NCBI GenBank assembly: GCA_017553695.1 | Contig: JAFZKG010000112.1 | Location: 19,975 to 83,974 of the forward strand | Source of the DNA: Lachnospiraceae bacterium | GTDB lineage: Bacteria; Bacillota; Clostridia; Lachnospirales; Lachnospiraceae | DNA length: 64,000 bases | Reading direction: 5' to 3' | Shown here: piece after piece, positions 19,999 through 29,681 of the stretch | How positions within the stretch are numbered: position 1 is the stretch's first letter | How the letters are laid out: every line of letters begins with the position of its first letter | Translations under genes and position numbers: made by a program | The notes under the pieces: generated by a model | Seen by the model: the letters and a program-made list of their open reading frames with translations, nothing else | What the model was told of the DNA's origin: nothing | Databases searched by the model: none

Positions 19999-20436
19999 AT
20001 GAACAGATATACCTTTGATGAGATCGAAGTCGGGATGGAGGACGGATTTGACGTTGCCGTGACCGAAGCAATGATGGAGACCTTCCGCGATCTGACGGGC
20101 GATGTGAATCCGCTGCACTGCGATGATGCCTTTGCGAAAGAAAAGGGATTTGATGGGAAAGTGGCCTATGGCATGCTGACCGCCTCCTTCCTTTCCACGA
20201 TGGCAGGTGTATATCTGCCGGGGGAGAATTCCCTGATCCAAAGTGTGGAGGTGAAGTTTTCCAAACCGGTCTTTCCGGGAGATGTGATCGCATTCCGCGG
20301 AAAAGTGAGCGAGAAAAATGATACCTTTCAGTTTCTGACGCTCAAGGTCACGGGAACAGTTACAGAGTGCGAAAATAAAGAGCGCTGCGGAACAAAAGTT
20401 CTGAAAGCAGTGATGCAGATAGGAGTCATGAAATGA
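19999..20436 (+). CDS. MaoC-like (R)-hydratase/dehydratase hot-dog protein
   Basis: 145 aa. 'FRDLTGDVNPLHCDDAFAKEKGFDGKVAYGML' matches the MaoC dehydratase signature. Confidence 0.85.
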   Translation: MNRYTFDEIEVGMEDGFDVAVTEAMMETFRDLTGDVNPLHCDDAFAKEKGFDGKVAYGMLTASFLSTMAGVYLPGENSLIQSVEVKFSKPVFPGDVIAFRGKVSEKNDTFQFLTLKVTGTVTECENKERCGTKVLKAVMQIGVMK

Positions 20437-21167
20437 AACGGCTATTGATCACGGCGGCAGATTCCGCCTTTGGCATGAAACTGATCGAGCGGTATTGTGA
20501 AAATGGATTGCAGGACATCGAATGGATCTATGGGACCTGTTATGATTGTTATGATATGGTGGAGGATCTGATTCAGCAGTATCCGGAACTGGAACAGAAA
20601 CTGACCCTGCAGCAGGTGGATATGCGGAAGGAAGCAGAGATCGAGGCATTCCTTATGGATCTGAATCAACGGGAAGTGCCGACGGATTTCGTGCATCTTC
20701 CGGCACCTAAGGCGATTCCGGAACGCTTTGCAAAACTGGACTGGACAGCAGATTTCCGGCCGCATCTCGAGATCTCATTAAAATCAGCCGTGCTGATCCT
20801 GCAGGCTATCCTGCCAAAGATGGCGAAGGCCAAAAAGGGGAACGTGGTCCTGATGGCTTCTTACTATGGAACCGAAGAAGGCACACCGAATTTCCTGGCT
20901 CCGTATGTGGTGGCTAAGAGTGCGATTCTGGGGCTGATGCGTGCACTGAATAAAGAATATTCACCGAAAGGCATTCGTATCAACGCTGTGGCACCGGATC
21001 TGACAGACACGAAATTTTTAGACGATATGCCAGACCTCATCAAGGAACAGGCGGCATATAACAATCCGAAGGGACGGATCCTGACGGCGGACGAAGTGAT
21101 AGATGCTATGATGCCGCTTCTGGATGATACGAAAAGCGGCAGTGGAGAGACGGTGATCGTGAAATGA
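20433..21167 (+). CDS. short-chain dehydrogenase/reductase (FabG-like) with degenerate glycine motif
   Basis: 244 aa. Catalytic 'APYVVAKSA' (YxxxK) and 'IRINAVAPD'. The N-terminal 'ITAADSAFG' replaces the usual TGxxxGxG. Confidence 0.8.
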   Translation: MKRLLITAADSAFGMKLIERYCENGLQDIEWIYGTCYDCYDMVEDLIQQYPELEQKLTLQQVDMRKEAEIEAFLMDLNQREVPTDFVHLPAPKAIPERFAKLDWTADFRPHLEISLKSAVLILQAILPKMAKAKKGNVVLMASYYGTEEGTPNFLAPYVVAKSAILGLMRALNKEYSPKGIRINAVAPDLTDTKFLDDMPDLIKEQAAYNNPKGRILTADEVIDAMMPLLDDTKSGSGETVIVK

Positions 21168-22102
21168 AGGCACTGGTCGGATATACCGGATTTGTAGGCG
21201 GGAACCTGGCGGCTTCTGCAGACTTTGACGGATTGTATAACAGTAAAAATATAGAAGAAGCTTTCGGAACGAAGCCGGACATCCTGTACTATGCCGGAGT
21301 TCCGGCAGAGAAATACATTGCCAACAAGTTTCCGGAGGAAGATGAGGAGATCATCCGCAATGCAATGGACAACATCCGGAAGATCGATCCAAAGAAGCTG
21401 GTTTTGATCTCAACGGTGGATGTCTATCGGGAACCCTTTCATGCGACGGAAGAAACGATGGCGGCTGGCCAGGGGGCATATGGAAAGAACAGAAGGCTTC
21501 TGGAATGCTATGTGGAAGATTATTTTCCGGAGCATCTGATCGTAAGACTTCCGGGATTGTTCGGAAAAGGGATCAAAAAAAATTTCATTTTCGATTATAT
21601 CCAGTACATTCCGGCACTTCTCAATGAACAGAAATTTGCAGAACTTTCCGCCAGACGGGAAGAACTGAAAGAATATTACATTTTAAATGACAAAGGTTTT
21701 TATGCCTGCCGCGCAAAAGATCCGGAGGAAAGAAAAACCTTAAAGGCGATCTTTGCGGAACTTGGTTTTTCAGCCCTTCATTTTACAGACTCCCGTGCGG
21801 TGTACCAGTTCTATGACCTGTCGGATCTTTACCGGGACACCGAACGCGCCATGGAAAAAGAGATACGGCTTTTGAATATTGCAACGGAACCGGTGAGCAG
21901 CAGTGAGGTGTACCGCTATCTGACCGGAGATACTTTTGAGAACGAGATCACGGATACGCCTGCCTTTTATGACATGCGGACGGTCCATTATGAAACGCTT
22001 GGCGGCGTGAAAGCGGAAAACGAAAACAACGGATATCTGTACCGGAAAGACGATATCCTGCAGCGCATAAAGAATTTTACTGAGAAGGAGATCACATTAT
22101 GA
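21164..22102 (+). CDS. NAD(P)-binding Rossmann protein (epimerase/reductase-like)
   Basis: 312 aa. 'KALVGYTGFVGGNL' GxxGxxG-type N-terminus and 'AYGKNRRLLE'. Family assignment is tentative. Confidence 0.55.
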   Translation: MKALVGYTGFVGGNLAASADFDGLYNSKNIEEAFGTKPDILYYAGVPAEKYIANKFPEEDEEIIRNAMDNIRKIDPKKLVLISTVDVYREPFHATEETMAAGQGAYGKNRRLLECYVEDYFPEHLIVRLPGLFGKGIKKNFIFDYIQYIPALLNEQKFAELSARREELKEYYILNDKGFYACRAKDPEERKTLKAIFAELGFSALHFTDSRAVYQFYDLSDLYRDTERAMEKEIRLLNIATEPVSSSEVYRYLTGDTFENEITDTPAFYDMRTVHYETLGGVKAENENNGYLYRKDDILQRIKNFTEKEITL

Positions 22103-22947
22103 AATACGCTATTTCCAACATTGCCTGGAGCCCGGAAGAAGATGAGAGGATGTACCAGTTCCTTGGCGAGCGGCGCATGGGTTTAGAGATCGCGCCGACG
22201 CGGGTATTTCCATGGGAAGAATCCGCATCATTAGGAAGGGTAGTCGGTCCGTATGACCGTATCCGGGAGGCACAGAGCTGGGCAAGGGATCTGTACAATT
22301 ATTATGGCGTGAAGACGGTCTCCATGCAGTCGATCCTGAACGGTGTTGACAGCAATATCTTCGGGGAGGAAGTAGAAAACCGCTCCCTGATCCAGTACAT
22401 GAAACGGGCAATCGATTTTGCGGTAGCGGTAAAATGCAGGAATCTGGTCTTCGGATGCCCCCTGAACCGGAACATCCCGGATGGTTATGATCTGGCGCAG
22501 GCCGGTAAAGTATCTGTGAACTTCTTCTCGGAACTGACGATGTACGCGGCACAGCGGGATGTGGTACTTGCTATTGAAGCAAACCCGACGATCTATAATA
22601 CCAACTTCATTAACTATACGTCGCAGGCCTTTGAACTGGTCCGCTACATTGGAAAAGAAGTGGGCAAGAACGCATCCAAGGCGATCCGGGTGAATTTGGA
22701 TCTCGGCGCGATCCTGGCAAACGGAGAGAACATTTATGCACTCCTGACCGAGAAGAATATTCCGCTGATCCATCATGTGCACTACAGTGAACCGAACCTG
22801 AAGATGCTCCGCCAAAGGGAAGAACACAAAGAGATCCGACGGATCCTGGATGAAAACGGATACGAGAATTATATCTCTATTGAGATGCGTATGCCGGAAC
22901 GGAGCCGGGATGTACTGACAGCTATTGAGTATCTGAGGAGCCTGTAA
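22099..22947 (+). CDS. xylose-isomerase-like TIM-barrel protein (sugar phosphate isomerase/epimerase family)
   Basis: 282 aa. Alternating beta/alpha pattern, 'VLAIEANP', 'HHVHYSEPN' and 'ISIEMR', typical of AP-endonuclease-2/TIM-barrel proteins. Confidence 0.65.
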   Translation: MKYAISNIAWSPEEDERMYQFLGERRMGLEIAPTRVFPWEESASLGRVVGPYDRIREAQSWARDLYNYYGVKTVSMQSILNGVDSNIFGEEVENRSLIQYMKRAIDFAVAVKCRNLVFGCPLNRNIPDGYDLAQAGKVSVNFFSELTMYAAQRDVVLAIEANPTIYNTNFINYTSQAFELVRYIGKEVGKNASKAIRVNLDLGAILANGENIYALLTEKNIPLIHHVHYSEPNLKMLRQREEHKEIRRILDENGYENYISIEMRMPERSRDVLTAIEYLRSL

Positions 22948-22956
22948 CACCTTTTT

Positions 22957-23961
22957 ATGAAGGCCTTGAAAACGACCGGAAAAATCATACTGATCCTGTT
23001 GCCGGTGATCCTCGTCTGGATCTATCTGGCCGTATTCCCTGTCAACTATATGGACGGGGAGTATTCCTATTATCAGGAGGCAAAAGATTACCGGCGGGGA
23101 AAGACTTCGCAGGAAAAAGCGGATGTGCTGATCCTGGGCGATTCCCGGGCAAAGTCTGCTTTTCTTCCGGAACTGCTGGATGAACTGGGCGGGTCCGAAA
23201 ACTGTGTTTCGCTTGCACAGGGTGGATCGACTTCTGTAGAAGCCTATTATGCGCTGAAGGAATACATGGAAAATATGGGTGTGCCGGACAAGGTGGTCCT
23301 TTCCGTAAGTGCCTATCATTTTACCAGTTTCGACGGGTTCTGGACCCGGACCGTTTATTTTGACACGATCACATATTCGGACGCGATGGACGTGATCCGC
23401 GCGGTGAAAAAGAATGGAGAAAAGCAGGCTTTGAAAGACGCCGGTGGCGACAGCGTCTTTACGCTTCTGGAATATAAGATCCAGTCACCGACCAAATACA
23501 TGACGCCGCTTGTCAACTCTTTTTCGGAAGACCGCAGGCAGATCAATGAGGATGCATACCGGGAAATGGAAGAACACAAAGGATTCAAGACCTTTGTGAG
23601 CTGGTGGCCGGTCAGCGGGGAATATGACATGACTGAGTTTGTCATGCTCAAGACCCTCGATGAGTATTACCGGAAGATTCTGGATCTTTGCAATGAATAT
23701 GATATTGAGCTTTATTCCATGAACACGCCGCTGATCGAAACGACATTCGAAGAGTGCCGGAAGATCTGGGAGCCGTTCATGGGTTATTTTAAAGATTTGA
23801 AAAACGATTACCCGGAAGATGTTTATCCGGGTATCCATATTGAGACGACGATTGAAAGCTATGACGAAAAATACTTTGATGATGCCGACCACCTGAACGA
23901 GGAAGGCGCCAGAGTCTATACGAAATGGTTTTACGAGACATATCTGGAGGCGGCATCATGA
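22957..23961 (+). CDS. DltD-like / SGNH-fold extracytoplasmic partner protein (module 3)
   Basis: 334 aa. TM anchor 'IILILLPVILVWIYLAVF'. 'VLILGDSRAKSAF' (GDS block I) and 'DDADHLNEEG' (DxxH block V). Confidence 0.7.
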   Translation: MKALKTTGKIILILLPVILVWIYLAVFPVNYMDGEYSYYQEAKDYRRGKTSQEKADVLILGDSRAKSAFLPELLDELGGSENCVSLAQGGSTSVEAYYALKEYMENMGVPDKVVLSVSAYHFTSFDGFWTRTVYFDTITYSDAMDVIRAVKKNGEKQALKDAGGDSVFTLLEYKIQSPTKYMTPLVNSFSEDRRQINEDAYREMEEHKGFKTFVSWWPVSGEYDMTEFVMLKTLDEYYRKILDLCNEYDIELYSMNTPLIETTFEECRKIWEPFMGYFKDLKNDYPEDVYPGIHIETTIESYDEKYFDDADHLNEEGARVYTKWFYETYLEAAS

Positions 23962-25445
23962 GTTTCTTAAGTCTGATCTTTTTCATTTTTCTGGCCGTCT
24001 GTGTCGTGGTGTATTATCTGGTGCCGAAGAAGGGACAGTGGATCGTCCTTCTATGTGCAAGCATCGTCTTTTACGGCTATGCGACACGCATGGGACTGCT
24101 TGCCCTGCTGGCAGAAACACTGATCATATATCTGCTTGTCCGTTGGATGGAGCAGAAGCCGGAAAATGCGAAAAAGATCCTGGTACTCATCTGCGTTCTG
24201 GCGGCAGTTGCCATGCTGCTTCTGCTGAAATACCTGCCGGAAAGTCTGGGCGGAAAGAGCGTCTTTTCCGGATGGTTTTTCAAAGACCTGCTGATGTCAC
24301 TGGGAATCTCCTACTACACACTGATGATCATCAGTTACGCAGTAGACGTGTACCGGGAACAGATCCCGGCAGAGACCAATTACGCCAGGTTGGTACTGTT
24401 TGCGTTTTATTTTCCGTCCATTACGCAGGGTCCGATCAACCGATATGGGGACCTTTCACCGCAGTTCTATGAAGTGCACATGTTTGACGGGGACGCATTT
24501 TTCAAAGGACTTTTCCGTTTTGCATGGGGCTGCTTTAAGAAACTGGTAATCGCTAACCGTACCGCCGCTTTGATCACGGCTGTGTATGGAAGTCAGAAAT
24601 CGACCTGTGTGATCATCCTTCTGGCGTTGTTATTGACTATGCTGCAGCTGTATACTGACTTTTCCGGTTGCGCGGACATGGCGATTGGCGTCAGCCAGGT
24701 ATTGGGAATCCACCTTCCGGAAAATTTCCGTCAGCCGTATTTTTCCCGAAGTATCGAGGAATATTGGCGCAGATGGCACATTACATTAGGCGCCTGGCTG
24801 AAAGATTATATTTATTATCCGATCTCCGTGAGCGGTGCATCCAAGTGGTTTATTAAAAAAGGCGCGGACCGGCAGGCAAAAAAACGAAGGACAAAACTGG
24901 TATCCATTGTTGCACTGATGATCCTCTGGATCATCATGGGAATCTGGCATGGCAGTGGTATGAAGTTTTTTATCATGGGTGTGTATTACGGCGTGGTCTT
25001 CATTATCACAATGCTGCTGGCGCCAATCGCAGAGCGTTTTGACAAAAAACATCCGAAACTTGTGGCATCACCGCTGTATAAGTTCTGGCAGCAGGTGCGT
25101 ACGGTCCTATTACTGTGGCTGGCGCCGATCCTTTTCAGCGTAAAGGATCTTAGCCAGTTGAAGACCCTGGTCAGCAAAGTGTTTACCGGTTTCCGCTTTG
25201 GCACGCTGTTTGACGGTACGCTGCTGAAGTTTGACCTGGACGCTTTGCAACTGATCCTGCTGGCAGTCGGATTTCTATCATTGCTAGTGGTATCTGTCAT
25301 CGAGTACAATAAAAAAGAAACAATCAGCGAACTGGTGAGAGGACAGAAATGGTTCGTGCAGATTCTTGCCTGGTGGTATGTGATCATCCTGATCCTTCTT
25401 TCGCTGAATATTGCAAATACGGAATTTATATATGCACAGTTTTAA
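23958..25445 (+). CDS. MBOAT family membrane O-acyltransferase (module 3, close paralogue of module 1)
   Basis: Start taken at ATG 23958 (MSFLSLIFF..), which gives an ATGA overlap with the upstream stop. 'YFPSITQGPINRYGD' and 'YWRRWHITLGAWLKDY'. The N-terminus 'VVYYLVPKKGQWIVLLCASIVFY' nearly matches module 1 'LVYYLTPQKGQWIVLLLASLVFY'. Confidence 0.9.
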   Translation: MSFLSLIFFIFLAVCVVVYYLVPKKGQWIVLLCASIVFYGYATRMGLLALLAETLIIYLLVRWMEQKPENAKKILVLICVLAAVAMLLLLKYLPESLGGKSVFSGWFFKDLLMSLGISYYTLMIISYAVDVYREQIPAETNYARLVLFAFYFPSITQGPINRYGDLSPQFYEVHMFDGDAFFKGLFRFAWGCFKKLVIANRTAALITAVYGSQKSTCVIILLALLLTMLQLYTDFSGCADMAIGVSQVLGIHLPENFRQPYFSRSIEEYWRRWHITLGAWLKDYIYYPISVSGASKWFIKKGADRQAKKRRTKLVSIVALMILWIIMGIWHGSGMKFFIMGVYYGVVFIITMLLAPIAERFDKKHPKLVASPLYKFWQQVRTVLLLWLAPILFSVKDLSQLKTLVSKVFTGFRFGTLFDGTLLKFDLDALQLILLAVGFLSLLVVSVIEYNKKETISELVRGQKWFVQILAWWYVIILILLSLNIANTEFIYAQF

Positions 25446-26148
25446 TATCTTATTTCCTGTCTATAACGAAGAAAACCGGCTGGAACGGGGAATCCGGGAG
25501 ACGGCTTCCTTTTTGACACACTATCTGCCGGAAGAAACGTTTCATCTGACGATCGTGGATAACGCGTCGACGGACAAGACAGAAGAAATCGCAAAAAAGC
25601 TTGCGGAAGAATATCCGGAAGTGACATATATCCGGATCAGCGAGAAAGGCGTCGGAGCCGCATTCCGCGCAGGCGTGGCGCAGAATACGTCAGAAATCGT
25701 TGGCTACATGGACGTGGATCTTTCCACGGATATCCGTCATCTGCTTTCGGTGGTGAGCCTGTTCGAAGATGATCCGGCAATCATGATGGTGAATGGATCC
25801 AAACAGGCAAAAGGAGCGCGGACGATCGGACGGAAATGGTACCGCAACCTGACATCCAAAGGACTGACGATGGTGATGAAGGCAAGACTGGGGATGCAGC
25901 AGGCAGATGCCATCTGCGGATTCAAGTTTTTCCGCAAAGATTTTGTGGAAGAGTTGATTCGGCAGTCAGACATAACAGAGAACGGATGGTTCTTCATTAT
26001 CGAGTTATTGATCCGGGCAGAGCGCAGCGGTGAGGAAATCGTGGAACTCCCGGTACGGTATGTGGAAGAAGAAGGCGGTCATGTGCATGTGGTCCGCCAG
26101 ACCTTAGATTATTTAAGCAACATAGAAAAACTCAGGAGGAGATTGTAA
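25432..26148 (+). CDS. GT2 glycosyltransferase (DPM1/polyprenyl-phosphate glycosyltransferase-like, soluble)
   Basis: Start taken at ATG 25432 (MHSFNILFPVYNEE). 'TIVDNASTDKT' and 'GYMDVDLSTD' (DxD). Confidence 0.8.
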   Translation: MHSFNILFPVYNEENRLERGIRETASFLTHYLPEETFHLTIVDNASTDKTEEIAKKLAEEYPEVTYIRISEKGVGAAFRAGVAQNTSEIVGYMDVDLSTDIRHLLSVVSLFEDDPAIMMVNGSKQAKGARTIGRKWYRNLTSKGLTMVMKARLGMQQADAICGFKFFRKDFVEELIRQSDITENGWFFIIELLIRAERSGEEIVELPVRYVEEEGGHVHVVRQTLDYLSNIEKLRRRL

Positions 26149-27684
26149 ATGGAATTCAAGCGTTTGACGGAACTGTTGGATAAGGCTGTCACGGATGTGC
26201 CGGAAAAGATTGGTTTCGTTGATGAAGACGGTACAAAGACTTATCGGCAAATGCAGGAGGAATCTCTGAAGATCGCGAAGGCAATCGTGAGGACGACCGG
26301 CGAAGATCCAGCAGCCATTGGAGAAAAAGATCCGCAGCCGGTCGCAACGCTGATCGAGGCAGGCAATGATCTTGCTGCCTGCATGCATGGAATCCTTTAT
26401 GCCGGAGATTATTATTCCTGCATTGACGAGACTATGCCGAATGAGCGGATCGAGAAGATTTTTGAAACGCTTGAGCCGGTGATCCTTTTGACCAATCGCG
26501 AAACCGAAGCAAAGGCCCGGGAGATTCATTTTGACGGCTATGTGATGGTTTATGAGGACATCATGGAAAAAGAGGAAGAAGCATTTGAACTCCCGATGAT
26601 CGTAGAAGAAGAAGTCTCGCATAAACTGGCGAGCGTGGTATTCACTTCCGGGTCCACCGGAAATCCGAAGGGTGTCATGCAGGGACATAACGGGATCCTG
26701 TATTGTTCCATCGCCAACCGGGATGATGTGCAGGTCATTTTCTCGGATCATGTCGGAAATCAATCCCCGATGTATTATGTCATGGGTGTCCTGAATCTGT
26801 TTTTCTCCATTGCGGCGGAAGCGACCTGCTATTTCATGCCGAAAGAACTGTTCAGCCAACCGGGTGAGCTCGTGAAATATCTGGCCGAAAACCAGATTTC
26901 TGTCATGGATTGGGTCGCAAGCGCTGTTACAGTGATCTCCCGTTTTTCCGCCTGGGAAGGCTATGAGGAAGAGTTGAACAATTGCATTAGACAGATCGTT
27001 TTTGCCGGAGACGTTGCGTCTACGAAACTGATCAATAAAATGAAAAAAGCTGTTCCGGGTCCTCGCTATTCACAAGGGTACGGAGCGTCGGAATTTTTCT
27101 ATACGTTCCTGTATCCGATGGAGCGCGAGATTGCGGATGATGAAAGGGTCCCTCTGGGATATCCGGCAGAGTTTGTCACGGCATATATCATCAAAGACGA
27201 TGGAACAGAGGCTCAGGTCGGCGAAGAAGGACAGCTGTGTCTGGCCGGACCAGGCATCGGGCTTGGCTATCTGAAAGACGAGGCATCCACCGCTGAAAAA
27301 TATCAGGATAATCCTCTGAAGCCGGGAGAGACGATCTACTGTACCGGTGATATCGTGGAAAAGAATGAGTATGGCGAAGTCATCTTCAAGAGCCGCCGGG
27401 ATTTCATGATCAAGCATATGGGACACCGTGTGGAACTTGGCGAGATCGAACTGGCGGCCTGCGCGCTGGATGACCGGATGCAGTGTGCCTGCATCTTCAA
27501 TAAAGATACAGAGCATATCATCATGTGCTACGTGGGGGCCTTGGAAGAGAAAGAACTGCGTGAGAAACTGAAAGAAAAAGTACCGCGTCATATGGTACCG
27601 AACCGGTTCGTGCGGATGGACAACCTGCCGCTGAATCAGAATAACAAAGTAGACAGAAAGAAGCTGGAAGAGCTGTATTTCTGA
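26149..27684 (+). CDS. stand-alone adenylation enzyme (DltA-like, ANL superfamily)
   Basis: 511 aa. A3 'VVFTSGSTGNPKGV', A7 'YCTGDIV', A8 'RRDFMIKHMGHRVELGEIE' and A10 'NNKVDRKKL'. Confidence 0.88.
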   Translation: MEFKRLTELLDKAVTDVPEKIGFVDEDGTKTYRQMQEESLKIAKAIVRTTGEDPAAIGEKDPQPVATLIEAGNDLAACMHGILYAGDYYSCIDETMPNERIEKIFETLEPVILLTNRETEAKAREIHFDGYVMVYEDIMEKEEEAFELPMIVEEEVSHKLASVVFTSGSTGNPKGVMQGHNGILYCSIANRDDVQVIFSDHVGNQSPMYYVMGVLNLFFSIAAEATCYFMPKELFSQPGELVKYLAENQISVMDWVASAVTVISRFSAWEGYEEELNNCIRQIVFAGDVASTKLINKMKKAVPGPRYSQGYGASEFFYTFLYPMEREIADDERVPLGYPAEFVTAYIIKDDGTEAQVGEEGQLCLAGPGIGLGYLKDEASTAEKYQDNPLKPGETIYCTGDIVEKNEYGEVIFKSRRDFMIKHMGHRVELGEIELAACALDDRMQCACIFNKDTEHIIMCYVGALEEKELREKLKEKVPRHMVPNRFVRMDNLPLNQNNKVDRKKLEELYF

Positions 27685-27699
27685 TAAGAGTATTTCATT

Positions 27700-28548
27700 A
27701 TGGGTCTTCGCATCACATCCATGCTGATAATTGAATATGCGCGCAATCACTACGACGCTGACCTGTCGGAAACACTGACGCTGGGCCGTCAGTTCCGCGC
27801 GTTCTCCCGCAGGGAGTTCGCAAAATATTTGCCTTCTTACGCCAAGGTGATCGCGCCGGATAAACTCTCGAAGGACTTTCACAGTCCTTATGCGGAAGAA
27901 GTGTTTGCGGATATGTATGGATCCCGGCCAAAGAGCCTGGACGGCTTTGCACATGAAGAACCGGACATCCTGCATGATCTGAACAAGCCGGTCCCGGATG
28001 AACTGACAGAGCGTTTTTCCTGTCTGATCGACGGCGGCACGATGGAGCATGTATTCCATGTGCCGATGCTGCTGCATAACTGTTTTTCCATGCTGAAGGT
28101 GGGCGGGCTTTACATTTCCATGGTGCCGACGAATAACTTCAATGGCCATGGCCTATATCAATTCTCACCGGATTTCTTCTACAGCACGTTTTCGGCGCAA
28201 AATGGGATGGAACTCCTGGACGTCTTCATTGTGAAATTTTCCGCGAAGGATAAAGTTTGGAAGATCGCCCAGTCTCCAAAGGAAGCCGGCGGGCGGGTGC
28301 AGTTTGACGTGAATACGCAGACTGAGATCTATGTGATCGCGCGGAAGACGGGGAAGACGCCGGAGGAGATCACAGCGCAGCAGACGGATTATGAAGAAGG
28401 CTGGTATGAAGAGCAGAAGAGCATTACGAATACCGCAAAGCGCGATGCCTTGATCGAGAAGGCCCCTCGCAAGCTCGTCTATCTTTTCCGCCAGTTCCTC
28501 TATGAACCGCTGAAACGGCGGAAAAATATCACAAAGATCAAGCTATGA
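27700..28548 (+). CDS. class I SAM-dependent methyltransferase-like protein
   Basis: 282 aa. 'FSCLIDGGTMEHVFH' and 'MLKVGGLYISMVP' resemble methyltransferase post-I/II motifs. Motif I is weak. Confidence 0.55.
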   Translation: MGLRITSMLIIEYARNHYDADLSETLTLGRQFRAFSRREFAKYLPSYAKVIAPDKLSKDFHSPYAEEVFADMYGSRPKSLDGFAHEEPDILHDLNKPVPDELTERFSCLIDGGTMEHVFHVPMLLHNCFSMLKVGGLYISMVPTNNFNGHGLYQFSPDFFYSTFSAQNGMELLDVFIVKFSAKDKVWKIAQSPKEAGGRVQFDVNTQTEIYVIARKTGKTPEEITAQQTDYEEGWYEEQKSITNTAKRDALIEKAPRKLVYLFRQFLYEPLKRRKNITKIKL

Positions 28549-29585
28549 AACAACGGGTACAGTGGGCGGATATCTTAAAATGGATCGGCATGCTCTTGAT
28601 TTACTTGGGGCATCTGCCGGTTTCTGACAACACGTACCTGTTTATTTTTGCACAGCATGTCCCGCTGTTTTTCTTTGCGGCGGGGTTTTTTGCTGCTTTG
28701 GAGCCACGGGACGGATCCTTCTGGTCATTTCTGTTGAAAAAGATCCGGTCAATCCTCCTGCCGTACGCCATTTTTTCCATTCTGACCATTCTCTATTTCC
28801 TGATCGTGAAGACGCGCAGCTTTTCCGAAGTGCCGAAGATGCTGTTGGATACCCTTATGGGAATCCGGAATCAGACGCCGGCGATCCAACTCTGGTTTCT
28901 GCCTTGTCTGTTTGTGATCAGCGTGTTTTTTGAAATCCTGAAGCGGATCTTCCGGGTGAAATGGATCCTGGCGGTAGTGGCGATTGCGCTTTTTGCCATC
29001 GGTATCACCTGCCTTGGACACCAGCCGACTCAGGACCCTTCCTGGTTTTGGAATGTGGATTCTGCCATGGTCTATTTTATTTATTATTATTTGGGGGCAT
29101 TGCTGTTCCCGCTCTTCCGCGACTGGAAATATGGTACGAAAAAAGCCGGGGTCAAAGCCCTCTGGTGGATCTTCTTTCTCATCTCACTTGGTTATGAAGT
29201 GTATCTCCTGTTTGACAGTATGCGCTTTTCTGCATTGCTGCGGGGTGCACTGGGGGAAACCGGCTTTATGGTCGCAAATCTCATCAGCGCCTGCGTGCTG
29301 CTTTTCTGCATGACTTGCCTGGCAAGATTATTGGAAAAGATTCCGGGTGTTGGAAAGTTTCTGGCATTTATCGGAAAAGGAAGCCTGTATTTGAACGGAA
29401 ACGAGATGATCTTCAAGGGCCTGTTTGCCCTTCTGTTTGGTCTGATCGGGATCAAAGGGTTTGTTTATCAGAACGATGCGACCATGCTTATGTTCTGCGT
29501 CCTTCTGATGATCCTGTTAACTTTCACGGTCAATCTGTTGGAGAAACTTATCTTTGGCAAACTTTTTGGAAACACACGCAGATAA
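28545..29585 (+). CDS. acyltransferase family 3 (AT3) membrane O-acyltransferase
   Basis: 346 aa, about 10 TM segments. N-terminal 'VQWADILKWIGMLLIYLGH' is typical of AT3 proteins. ATGA overlap with the upstream gene. Confidence 0.8.
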   Translation: MKQRVQWADILKWIGMLLIYLGHLPVSDNTYLFIFAQHVPLFFFAAGFFAALEPRDGSFWSFLLKKIRSILLPYAIFSILTILYFLIVKTRSFSEVPKMLLDTLMGIRNQTPAIQLWFLPCLFVISVFFEILKRIFRVKWILAVVAIALFAIGITCLGHQPTQDPSWFWNVDSAMVYFIYYYLGALLFPLFRDWKYGTKKAGVKALWWIFFLISLGYEVYLLFDSMRFSALLRGALGETGFMVANLISACVLLFCMTCLARLLEKIPGVGKFLAFIGKGSLYLNGNEMIFKGLFALLFGLIGIKGFVYQNDATMLMFCVLLMILLTFTVNLLEKLIFGKLFGNTRR

Positions 29586-29681
29586 TCAGGAATTGCCTAT
29601 ATCGGGCGGCCTGTGTTATCTTGTTTATGATAAATAGATGAGCATTGCTTGATAGCAGACAATAAGGAAAGGAGCAAAAAA

